From assembly GCA_965645245.1 (NCBI GenBank), contig OZ287069.1:2914001-2978000 (forward strand): DNA of 64,000 nucleotides. The letters run 5' to 3'. The stretch comes from Massalongia carnosa (Eukaryota). A program made the translations under genes and the position numbers. Positions 51,532 to 62,737 of the stretch are shown here, piece after piece. The notes beneath the pieces are model-generated. The model was not told the DNA's origin, did not search any database, and saw only the letters and a program-made list of their open reading frames with translations. Each line of letters starts with the position of its first letter. Position 1 is the first letter of the stretch.

Positions 51532-51790
51532 ATGGCTATTACACGCAGTCCTCGAAACTCTCGTAAACGAGGTGGCTATCATGGTTTAGAATGGGATACA
51601 TCAGTTAAAAATCGGTGCTACGGTCGCATGGATGTAGGATAATCACTGCATAAAACTGATGTCGTCACAGAGGTGCATCGAGACATTCTCCGCAAATAGC
51701 GAAGACAGCGTAGTGTTGAGCACACAGTCAGGAGAAAAGGTGCTAAATGAATTGAAAAAGCATGAAAGTCTAGATCACAAAGGTGCTCAA
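51532..51790 (+). pseudogene. Degenerate Tc1/mariner-like transposase N-terminal relic
   Basis: MAITRSPR...HGLEWDTSVKNRCYGRMDVG*S...HRDILRK*RRQR resembles a fungal Tc1 HTH start; four stops, each explicable by one transition. Confidence 0.35.
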
Positions 51791-52206
51791 TTGAGTGTTA
51801 AAGGAGAAATATTTTGAAAGACGTTTGTCATTTGCTCAATTATGCAAATTTCTCAGTTTATCAATTCATTCTCGAATGCTCGCACGACGTTTAGTTCAAT
51901 TGTGTTATCGCTGAAAACATTGGCAAATCGAGAACCAAGTACTTATATGCGCCCAATAGCTAGCCCAGATATCTGAACAGAGAGAATTTTGATGTTCGTA
52001 CGGGCGCACGGACATTTACACTTCATCAAATCATGTACCGTTCAACGCACATCAAAGTTATTAAAAATATAATTTCATTTTCGATCGATTCGCGCAATTC
52101 ATGCACGTACAATCGGCATATCACGTTGAAACTTATTGTCGTGACGCACTCCACGTGCGCATGCATGCATGAACTTATCCCGGGAACTCGGCGCACACAA
52201 GAGGTA

Positions 52207-52633
52207 CCGTATTAACTGACAAATAAAACCCTGCTTTTGGATAAAACCTTGCTAGGATATAAAACCCCGTTCAAATTGCTTATTTTCGAACATAAGGGGT
52301 GTCCTTGCTCTATAAAACTATATTTTCGAGATTAGGGGATGACAAATCAAAAACAGGACAAATTTGTATGGAAAACAGTATTAAAAATCCCCTGAAAATC
52401 AGTCATCATCGACATCCGTTTCTCTATCACTATTGTTCTCCAAAACATCATCCAAAACGGCCCCGAATTCATCATTCAAAACAGATCTGCCTCAATCGCA
52501 GGCTACATTTGGTGCGTGTTTTCGTGTTTTTTCCCTGCTGACTAAGTTCTGACCCCTTATAAAACCCTCCTGCATGACTCTCGTGTTGACCACCCCCCTA
52601 TAAAAACAGGGTCTTATTTGTCAATTAATACGG
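52207..52633. mobile_element. Pogo/Tc2-like MITE (427 bp)
   Basis: 27-bp TIR CCGTATTAAYTGACAAATAARACCCTG with 2 mismatches; flanks TA / TG; internal ATAAAACC repeats. Confidence 0.85.
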
Positions 52634-52789
52634 TGCTCAAATAGCTCATGAGCTAAGACATGGGCAGAATCGGTCCCGAGTCAATTAGAGCTCGCGGGGC
52701 TTTCTCTCCCATCTAGCTTTTGTACTTACTCCAAGCACCGACACTTTACGTGTATTGTGCAACTCTGTGCAGTCAGCGCGGAAGTGAAT

Positions 52790-54536
52790 TTCAAGTTCAC
52801 TGGGTGAAGCCCGCTTTACCCACCATTCTGAAAGGCAAAGCATGGCTCCCATTGCCTTCTACAGACGTGATCTATGAACCGGTGAGTACAGACTAGAAGT
52901 TCGCTCCATGATGGACGTTCGCACTGACAGAAGCGCACAGATGAACGTTACCTGGACCGTCCCTGGTGCGTTGGATACTGAGAAGCTCAAACTGGCTTTG
53001 TCTCGCACGCTGCAGCAATGGCCATCTTATGCGGGCAGGCTGTCCTACGACTCTGCGTCTAAAAAGAGCTTGATTTTGCTCAACAATGAGGGGGTTCCGC
53101 TTAAGATTGGGTCCACTAACCATCCTGGAATCTTCTCCAAAGAATCCAAGCATGAAAGACATCCTGGTAGCTCAAGTCTATGGAGTCTTGCCTTGCTGTG
53201 AATTTAACACTAATCATGTAGACTACTTTGATTTGCTCGAAGTTCCTGATTCTGCGCTTTGCGATTACGTTCCCTCCCCCCTAATGCAAATCAAAGTAAC
53301 CACTTGGAGGAACACGGGGCAGACCTCGCTCATGGTATCCGTATGCCACGCCACGGGTAGCAGATATGGCTCCTCTCCACAGAGTTATTCCATTCTGATG
53401 GCTGACCTCTTCTAGGGGACGCTTTCTCTTTGATTTTGATGATGACTGCCTACTCCAGGCATTATGAAGGGCTGGAACCACCCATAATCCCGAGCTTCGA
53501 CCACTACTTTTTCAGTAACCCGACTATACACCCCGACCTTGTCCACCATGCTCTTCCTTATCTTACAGGAAATGTTATAGATTATCCTAAAGACGAGTTC
53601 AACAAACTTGCCGAAAAAATGCTGAAACGAAACAACACTCGTAAACTTTGGGTTTTCATCCCAACATATTGACAACATCTGGTGTATCACAAAAGAGAAG
53701 GCAGCCAGCTTCGTCTCGCGCATGGACGCCTTCTCCGCCTATGTTTGCACCCTAATTCAAAGAGTCTCGGTCCAGCCGATTGAGGATATTCAGCTAGTAT
53801 TGAGTGTACGTCTGGTTGGAAGGATTTTATACAAAGCAGGCCTATTGACTATTTATCATTTAGATCAGAGGTTTCCCCCAGGCGCCGAGCAGCAGCTTTA
53901 GACCCCCTTCAAAAACCGAAGCAGGAAATTTATTTATCATCGCGGGTCGCAGAACAACCATTAGTCACGAGGCAAACCCAATTGGGTAGAAGCCCTTTTG
54001 CCCCTTTGCGTATCTTGGGGCTGATGCTGTGATAGCACAACGGCACAAAGCATACGCGATCTGTACACTGAACTTCGCGACCCAAAGAGGATGGAACAAG
54101 TGTATTCCCTCTATTCATACCTAAATTCCAGGGCCGTGGAAACTAAGCGTGAGCTTTGGGACTACCCGAATGACCGATCAATCCAGATCAACGTGCTCAC
54201 AAAGTAGGTTTCGCCTATTTCCCCTTCACACACGGAACATGCACACTGACTGTGCTCCCCTCGGGCCTCGTCAGACTGCCGATTTTCGAGGCGCACTTCA
54301 GTTACGTTAGCCGCGCGTGCTTCTACGAGTAGGATTCGTGGTAGCATTTCATCGAGATCTTCCCGGCAAACCCGACTCGGCTCGAGAGCGGGGAGTGGAA
54401 ATCCGACCCGGACGGTGCGGACGTCTACCTGCGGCTGAAGCATGCACTTGTGCCGAGTTTTTTGCGCGAGATCGAGCTGGACAAGACCGCGCTCGACCAG
54501 GGTCATCTAGGACATGTGGGAGGAAGCCGGTTGTGA
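52790..54536 (+). pseudogene. CoA-dependent acyltransferase (BAHD/transferase family), disrupted
   Basis: VKPALPT...LPLPSTD, LDTEKLKLALSRTLQQWPSYAGRL and spliced HxxxD motif CHATG|D. Frameshift near 53641, TAGs near 54330-54343, no clear start codon. Confidence 0.75.
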
Positions 54537-56429
54537 GAGAGGGAAATAGGGAGAGTGTGCGGGGAAGGTCTCCGGACTTCTTGTGGTTGAGAAGAAGAAG
54601 AGAGAGAACGAGGTTGCGGGAAGTTTTCTTAAAGGGGCGGAGATTTGATTCGGAAAAGCAAGCCGTAGCATGGGCACGCGAGGAGATTTCTTTTTTGGAG
54701 GGCCTCACTCGTGAATCCCACGGTGGCGGGGGGTGAGAAGTATCTCGAATTTAACGATAGACATTTTGTTTAGAAACTTGGACGAAGAAAGGGGAAAGAA
54801 CTCTCTGAGTCTTGGATTGGGGGAGGATGAGAAGATGGAGGATTGAATACTTCGGAGGATGAAAAGCCCGCCAAGAGACTGAAGCGTATAAACAATCCCT
54901 CATCAGTCTTTATGTTGATTCCGTACAACGTGTACCAGCCAGCACCCTTGACCCCGGTAGACCAATGCCTCAATGCAGTCATATGAGACGCAGGAAGGCC
55001 AAGCCTGTGGATTTTGGAGATGTGAAGCAAGGTTAGGAACAGCTTCTAACACCACTCTTTTTAGGCTCCGGAACACCTCCCCTAACTATCCTGAGATATT
55101 TTGACAGGCTTGCTTTTTAAAAAACTATACCGAAATTTCGGTTCTATCAATTTATACAGAGTAGATCCTCCACCCCAACAAAGTTGGTGCGGCCAGCAGT
55201 TCTTGAATCTTCCTACCAGCCAGGCACAGCGTACAGAGACAGCATTCAGCTCTATAGTTGTATTATTTCAGCCAAAACATACTCTTAGATACTTCAATAG
55301 AGTATCTCCGAATACTATCGTAGGAATTTTAGCAATGGAGGCTGTGGTAGAGAGAGCTAGTTAGAGCTAACTGAGAAAGATTGGGGGTTGGTGGGTGTTG
55401 GACTCGCACGAGCACACGGTGAGTTGATGAATTTGGCATTTTCTTGGCCAATGTAACCCATCATAGCTTGTGAGATTTCGAAAACGGAATTGGTTTTCAT
55501 GCTTGTATACTAGTACCCATGTTGTCATCGCCGCCGATCTTTATGGGCGTCAAATCACAGCACTTAAACTAGACTTAAGCGCCACCAAGCGCCACCTCGC
55601 CAAGCTTAATTAGTCCCAATTCGATTTAGCGCATCTTACTTTGCACGTCCGTGATAATTTTCCCAACGCAACCTCTCGCATCTCTTTTCATAACGAGTTT
55701 CGATCAGGAGAATCATTCAGGATTAAAGATCAGATGGCTTTGTTACGAGAGATTCATCTATTTGTATCTGTGATTAAGTCCAGGCAGCAGGAGTTACGCT
55801 ACAGCCAGCTCAGGGCAATCCAGTGGAGACGTCTCCATAGAAATCTTTACCTATCCAAGTATCAATCATTCGAGTCATACTAAACCATCGCTATCACTGC
55901 TAACAGACTCGGTCCATGAAGGATGTGTTAAATCGTGACTATGTTTTTTTTTTTCTGATTTCCAACATTAACCATCCTCTTTCATCTTCGAATCATTTCT
56001 CTTCGTCAATCTGTCTGATCTTATTCTCGCACTGGTTCCTTCGAAGATACATTTAAGCTACCCAGAATTATAAAGCAGGTACCACCGCCCCGACTCTCAC
56101 ACCAGCAACAGACACCTTCGCCATAATATGCCATAATAGGCGAGCTCCACGAAGCGTGCTCCATATGTAATGTCTCCTGGCTGCAAGGCCTTCTCGTTGC
56201 CCCAGCACACGCTGAAGTAGCAACTACTCAAAAGATGCGTCTTACAACGCTGTTCGCATGTTAACCCCGAATCTCTGGATCCTGCTTCAAAGCGCAGTCC
56301 GTGCAGGCCTGTCGCCAAACACTGAAGCTCGTCTTCATTTCGCTAGGGATCACAATATCGCTTCCAACACTCTGACTACCCGGAAAAATCTCCTCGCTGC
56401 TCTCGACGGCGATAATCTAGATGTTCTCT

Positions 56430-56905
56430 AAACTTGGTCACGGTTATGCCCGAAACCGTTTCCCTTGATCTCGGATACCTCGGCGATCCGTTGGCCCAGA
56501 CGCTGCACAAGCAGAAACTTAATCATGCAGCGTAGCTGCTCGGCCATGGTGCGGATTCAAACATCCCCTGCGCCGGCCATAAAGAATTAGGCTATCACCT
56601 CCGTCTCACCGCGTAGAAATTCCCTTTGGATTACAACACCCTGCTCCTCCAGCACGGGGCGCTGGTGTCACAATTCATTCACATGGCTGCCGAGAAGGGA
56701 CGTGTGGACGTATTGTAGGCGCTGATCGAGACTGGCGATGAAGACCTCGTAGATGAACGATTGGAGCCAAACCTAGGGTTTCTAAGCCACATACGGAAGC
56801 AGCAGCAAGCATCCGAGACGCCGTTAATTTTTGCCGCGACGAATCGGCAACACAAGGTGGTGAGCTGGTTTTTGGAGCGGGGCGGTGATGCCGGAACGTG
56901 TTGAG
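56430..56905 (+). pseudogene. Ankyrin-repeat protein relic
   Basis: LLGHGADSN, LLQHGA, IHMAAEKGRVDVL*ALIETG and ETPLIFAATNRQHKVVSWFLERGGD, with stops and frameshifts. Confidence 0.7.
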
Positions 56906-57633
56906 AGTGAATCGGGATCTAGGATGTGAGAGTTAGCTAATATTCTATTTATCGTTGATGTCCTATATGAAGTAATTGGTTTCCGGACTGTATGGCGGAA
57001 ACTGGATGACTAATAGTCACGTATTTCTGCATCCTCACAAACTTTTATTTTTGCCTCGCATAAATTCGTTTGGTACCCTCTATTTTCACAATGTCCCAAC
57101 ATCTCTCAACTCACATTTTTTCCTTCTCGCACTAATTAAAAGCAAAATTGATAAACGATAAAACGAGGCTCTTTCCGTAGGGACTTATCTAACGAAAAAA
57201 CAAAAAGCCAGTGCAAAGAAGGGATAATTATAAATAAAAAGAGAGCTACCAGCAAAAAATCTCAATCCTACTCTATCAAATCTTGCACCACTTTCAGCCG
57301 AGATGAATTTTAGCTTTTTCTCCCATTTGATCAGGAAAGGGTGACGGAGAGGGAGTGGAAAAGAACAAGTTGAATAAAAATTGCCCACCCCACTTCTCCT
57401 GAAGGAGGAGAAATGGGGAGCCAATGAACCAGGGGGAGAGATATGTTTAAGACCCATGGAAATGAAAATTAACCCTGTCAAGCACAAGCCCAACATATGA
57501 ATCCTCTTCCCTTCTCTCTGTTCCATCATCCTTCCAACAACCTACAACGAACCTCCCCCCCCCAAAAAAAACTCTCCTCCTTTGAAACCTACACCTACAC
57601 ATATCCATAAGTGCGTTAATTCTTCTTTCTTGC

Positions 57634-57694
57634 TTTGGGTTTTGGGTTTTGGGTTTACGTTTGGGTTTGGGTTTGGGTTTGGGTTTGGGTTTGG
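57634..57694. repeat. (TTTGGG)n-type G-tract repeat
   Basis: Eight GGG tracts, mostly spaced by T3-4, with one TTTACGTTT interruption. Confidence 0.85.
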
Positions 57695-58091
57695 ATAATG
57701 TGTCGGTAAAAGGAGAAAGGATAGAGAATTAAGGAAGTTTTTAGGGGTTAAGATTGGGGACTAGACAGGGCTGAGGGAGGGAAACACATAGTTGCAAGAA
57801 AAGAATGAGAAGAGATAAAAGGAAAGGGGGGGTGCAAAAGCGACAGTCACGTGTGGTCTTCCTATCTAAATTTCCCCCTGTTTTGCTTATCTCCTCTCAT
57901 CAGCTACCATACAGATTTTCTTCGGACAAATGCTAAAAGGGAAAAAGTGCATATGCGGATAATTATTTAACCTCCAAATTCTACTCACCTACAGCTCGGC
58001 GTCGCCCCCCGAGAGTACGCTACAGGAAAGCAAAGTATCGATACTGGGCCTAAACCAATAGGTACAAGTGGAATTCAAAACTCCCCCGACT

Positions 58092-58652
58092 TCAATGTCC
58101 TCCCTTGTTGTACCCGTGTTCCCCATGTTTTTCATACGCCGCCTCGCACAATGGCCCCAGGCACTCGCAACTGAATCTGTAACTCTTCGATCCTTCTCCA
58201 ATAGCAACCATCCCGTCTGCACACGTAGCCTCCTCCTCCGTGGCCGGCAAGTTCACTGGAGCCACGGCTTCGCCCTGGCAATCGTTCTCGCCGTACACGG
58301 AGAAGGTACAGGTGGCATACTCGCTGACGCGGATAGGCTGCCACAATTTGTAGCTAAAGAACGGCGGCACCGTGAAGCATATATTTTGGACGATGATGTT
58401 GGTGGGGGAATCCTTTAGATTCTGAACGCTACCCACGGAGGGGCAGCCTGGCGCTTTGTAGGTGCGGATTTGGGCCTGCGCATCCTCGATTGGGGCAGGT
58501 AGGGATGGATGGCTAGGGTAGTTTTTGGGTGGGTGGGCGCTCGCTATTGCGAGGAGGGTCCCGAGGAGGAGGATCTGTGGTGATGGTGAGCGAATGATGT
58601 GGTGGGAGGAGGAGGCTTGGGAATAGTTCTATACCGTGGATTGGAGCTGCAT
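58092..58652 (-). CDS. Small secreted cysteine-rich protein (~166 aa)
   Basis: MQLQST|ILLLGTLLAIASA signal-peptide-like start. Intron 58575-58634 joins in frame to ORF 58092-58436; 8 Cys. Confidence 0.8.
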
Positions 58653-60719
58653 CTTGCGTAATAGTAAATCGGAAAATAGGTAGTCTTGGAGAGTGGAAGG
58701 TTTAACTGCTGGAAAAGGATCTTATTGCAAATGGATTGTTGAGCAGATGAGCATAGCGATAGGGATGAATTGACCTTATATACATGGTAAATCGACGATA
58801 GACCACTCTTGAAAGAAATTCCGCCTATACAGAATTATTCTTAGCAAGTACTAATAAAAAACGGTTCTAAGTAGAAGCAGGTGACATCGTACGAAGACAT
58901 AGCAACGCTGCAGCAGGCCCTATTCAACTCCGAGGAGGGGATTCCTACGGCATTAATAACAATAGATCATTACGAAGATCATGGAGGAACAACGAAATCA
59001 GACAGACGGAAGGCATCGAGAAACCGGGGTTAGGAAAAAATGCCACACGCCCCAAGAGCCATCATGCCTGAGCCGTTCTTTACTTTGTGCTCCGAAGCTT
59101 TGGTGAGAAAAACGGTAGAATCTCATAGTTAGTCGCGATATTGCATGCAGAAGCTTCCACATTCGATCATGAATTACCAGAACGACGGCAGCAGGGCCCT
59201 ATGAAAGGGCGGGACATTATTGGTAATTTCCCTGACTTCGCAGCTTTTCCGCCCAAACAGTCGGGTTACCTAACGCAATTGATCGGTTCATTCCGAGACT
59301 CGATGTCCGCGTAGTTAGTTCACGAAGTCGCATGCTTAACTTATTTTCACAGAGTCACTGCAGGAACACAGGATGCCGCTTCATGGTTTTGGTGCTTAAA
59401 TGGTCCCGGTCTGGAAATCGTTCCTCGCGTGGACTTGACCATTAATCCTTTCAAACGGGAAATTCACCAACGTGAAGTGAGGAAGTCCCATTTCACCAGT
59501 CCACCGAACCGATGTCATAAATTGGAAAATAGCCTCAGAGGCTTCCTTCACACCCTGGCAAGGTTGAGCATATCTCATCGACCTGGATCATGCAATGCTG
59601 GAGAATCAAAGGCCAAATACAACTTGGAATAATTATTGTTTCTAGTTTTTGAAAACATATTCTTTTGACACTATCGCACGGAACGTCAAAGAAATGACTA
59701 AGAGATTAGTGGCAGCAGCACTAAAACATATACCTACAGTACCCGTAGTTTATGTAACACATCCCGCTGGTCTGATGCTACCAGCTGTTAATACCTAACC
59801 GATAACACCCAATAGAAATTGATGATAGGCCAGTAGGGAGATTTCGGATTTGCAAGAACCCTTGAAATTTGGACGTGCCGATACCTACGGCTCGTGGGCT
59901 CTTCCTGATGACCGGTAGACCAAATTATGTAGGGCATTCGAGGCCACGATGTCACCCACTTGCAGTAAGCTTGAATAACAGCATAAATGCGTTGAGTTTT
60001 TATTTTCTTGGCAGAACAAAAAAATTCTTGTCGAGGGAGGTCTAGGCAGGGAAGGCAGAATTCTAGTTACTCTGTAAAAACGGCTGGGTTAGAATGAACC
60101 TTAACTCTTTTCTTCTCTAACTCAGGTATAGAGTACGCACTACTCAATGGAGAGGATTATAGCAGGATGCTGAAGGGTTGAACTCGTGGTATCTGCCAGT
60201 TTCAGACATACCGGCGGATAAAGATGCTGAGAGGTGGGCTTTAGTTTGACAACGCGTTGTGGTGGTTACTCTCAAGTCAAATACAGATACGAACTCTTCC
60301 AGGAGGTCCTGTGACTCTATAAGACGTAAAGATAGGTTCCTAAGCTTGCTCGTTCTCCCTCGGCGAGTCTAACTTCTATCCCATCCACATGATCGTTACG
60401 GGCTCTAAAGGCTTGGGCACGATAAATGTACGAGTGAGGGATGGATCAGGAATCGGATAGCAAGGAAAGAACTACAGGATGCTAGAGAACGACGAGAACA
60501 ACTGGATAGCGCAAGGAGAGTACGCCTCTCACAGGGCTGAAAATTTCAGCGTATGCTGGTTTGATTGTACTTGTTGAGTTCTATCTACCATAGGGGCACG
60601 GCAAATAGCTCTCTACAGCAAAGCATCTAGTGTTGCTGGCAATTTCTCCACGGGCAACCAGGGCCTCACTGCGAAATTCTCCCTGCATGTCAGCCTCCCC
60701 TTCAATCCGAATCATAGGA

Positions 60720-61916
60720 CTAGTATCGCCTAAGCGCCCTTGCCTTCTCCCGAAGGCGATCTCTAGTTTCTTTGCGACCCATGAAGGAATAGTACCAGGT
60801 CGGCTGCTTATGTGAGAACCGACAACCCCGGACCCATTCGCTCTCATGGAGCTTGCTGTGCTGCCAGTAATCCATGTCTACATCTTCAGTCTTCGATTTT
60901 GAATGATCCATGCAATCTAGACATAAACCATCGAAGTATTCCGATGTATGCATTTGGGCATTGAGAATGATGCTCCTGAAATTCTGTTGACAACTTCTCT
61001 GACAGCTCGGCTCTCCTACCTCGTACCGAAACTCATCCAGAATGCTCAGAATCTCTCCCATTGACGATTTTTGTGCTGCACGTTCTAACGGCCACACATT
61101 GAGGCGGAAGAGCTCTTTTTCGTAGCCGTACAAAGTTTTCTCCTTACAAGTACAACTCGCCACCAACAGGCTCTCGTTTGGCCGAAAGAGGTGATTATGC
61201 AGGATGGTGCGTAGCCGCCCTTTCGCAGCGTTGAGCTGTTCTATTATATTGAAATCAGATAACCTAGGACAAAGGATGCGATGCAGGTACTCTCAGCTTA
61301 CGGATAATGATGGAAGGAAGATGAAGCTGATAATGCTTCGTGTCATTTCTATCTTCAATGTGACCAACATCGTTATAAACAACAGACCGTGTGGCTTTCA
61401 CAAAGCCGATGGCGTGATCAAAACGCCAGCACGGGTAAAGCAGCTTGTACGAGCCTATTTTGGAAATATCCTGCCTGGCATATCAAAGAGCAAACCAGTC
61501 CTCCAAAAGACTGATGTCTAATCCATATTTATCTCCGGCAACGACTATATGCCAACATTCTTCTATGACTGGGGCTGTATAGATGTTGTCTGCGACAGAA
61601 GCATGTGACGCTCTAAACCATATCTCCATGCTCATAACATGATCTTCTTCTAGCGTGACAATATCTTGGCTAGCCTCAGCAAAATTTGACGAACTGCCAA
61701 CTAAATTTCGAAAGTATGGTGATGCTTGAATGAGTATTTCCCTACTGACTCGGAAGTAGGCGAGCTTGCGGATGCTCTTTTGATTACCATTTGATGAATA
61801 CTCTTTAACGATGATAGTAAGATCGCCTTGATCATCAATACTGATTATTGTATCGCTAGAGGTGGGGCTGTTGGGTGTCGGGCTGTTATGGGTGCTGCTT
61901 GATTTAAGGAGTTCAT
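60720..61916 (-). pseudogene. BTB/POZ-domain protein, disrupted
   Basis: IDDQGDLTIIV, FRVSREILIQASPYF, WHIVVAGDKY, WFAL*Y (TGA 61483-61485), LLYPCWRFDHA and YFDGLCLDCM. The nearest upstream ATG (61916) is out of frame. Confidence 0.75.
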
Positions 61917-62737
61917 TGTGCCAAAGATATTTAAAATGTAGCGGAAAGTTGCCAGCGCTTATGAATCAATGTATAAATGGTGCTGTAGTTAAAGGCCCTC
62001 GACCAATGATTAGGTGCAAGGCTTTGACGAAATTTTAAGAGCAATATCGCTTTCCACCAAGACTGTTAGTAGATTACATTAAAGACTTCACCATCAGACT
62101 GATAATGCTTGACGAAATGGGCTGTAATTCAATGAGGTAGTAAATTTCTAGACAAAGACTAGTTATGGGATTGAGCTTTAGAGAAAATGTGTAATGACTG
62201 AAAGAAATGTATTTCAGTTAATCAAATGCATGCAACGGAAGCTATGTGAAGAAGGATGTAATAGGAAATAATCCAAGATATTCAAATGCAAGATGATTTT
62301 ATCAATTTCAGGAGGATCTACTCAGACTTTCTTAGTCAACTGGCCATTCACTGGCAAAGGAGAGAGTCAAGCGCAAGGTATTACTCTACAAGTACTATAT
62401 AGGTTAGTTGAGTACCGTTTCGAATAGGGTTTCCTAAGGTATATGTTGGCATCTCAACCAACCTTGGTCGATCCTGTGTGAGCTCATTTCCTACTGTGTG
62501 CAAGTCTTGAGAGTGAAGTAATGTATAAGAAGGTTCAAGACATGGCGATGGTAATGCAAGCCTTGACAAATTGGCGGTCTTCCTCATTCGATATTCCAAA
62601 ATGCGATTGGACAGCCAAGACTATTAGGATTTTGCAGATGAGATTTTCATAATTGCTACAATAAACAAAGTATTGAACAATGAAACGATTGTAGCAATGT
62701 CAATCCTGCCTGTGTCATAAATGTGCAAGAAGGAGTA

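Noticed and set aside
61483..61485. Stop codon repaired by A-to-I editing in the BTB gene
   Set aside because: It is TGA with G 5' of the A rather than the typical UAG context, and the gene also lacks an in-frame start; decay is the simpler explanation.
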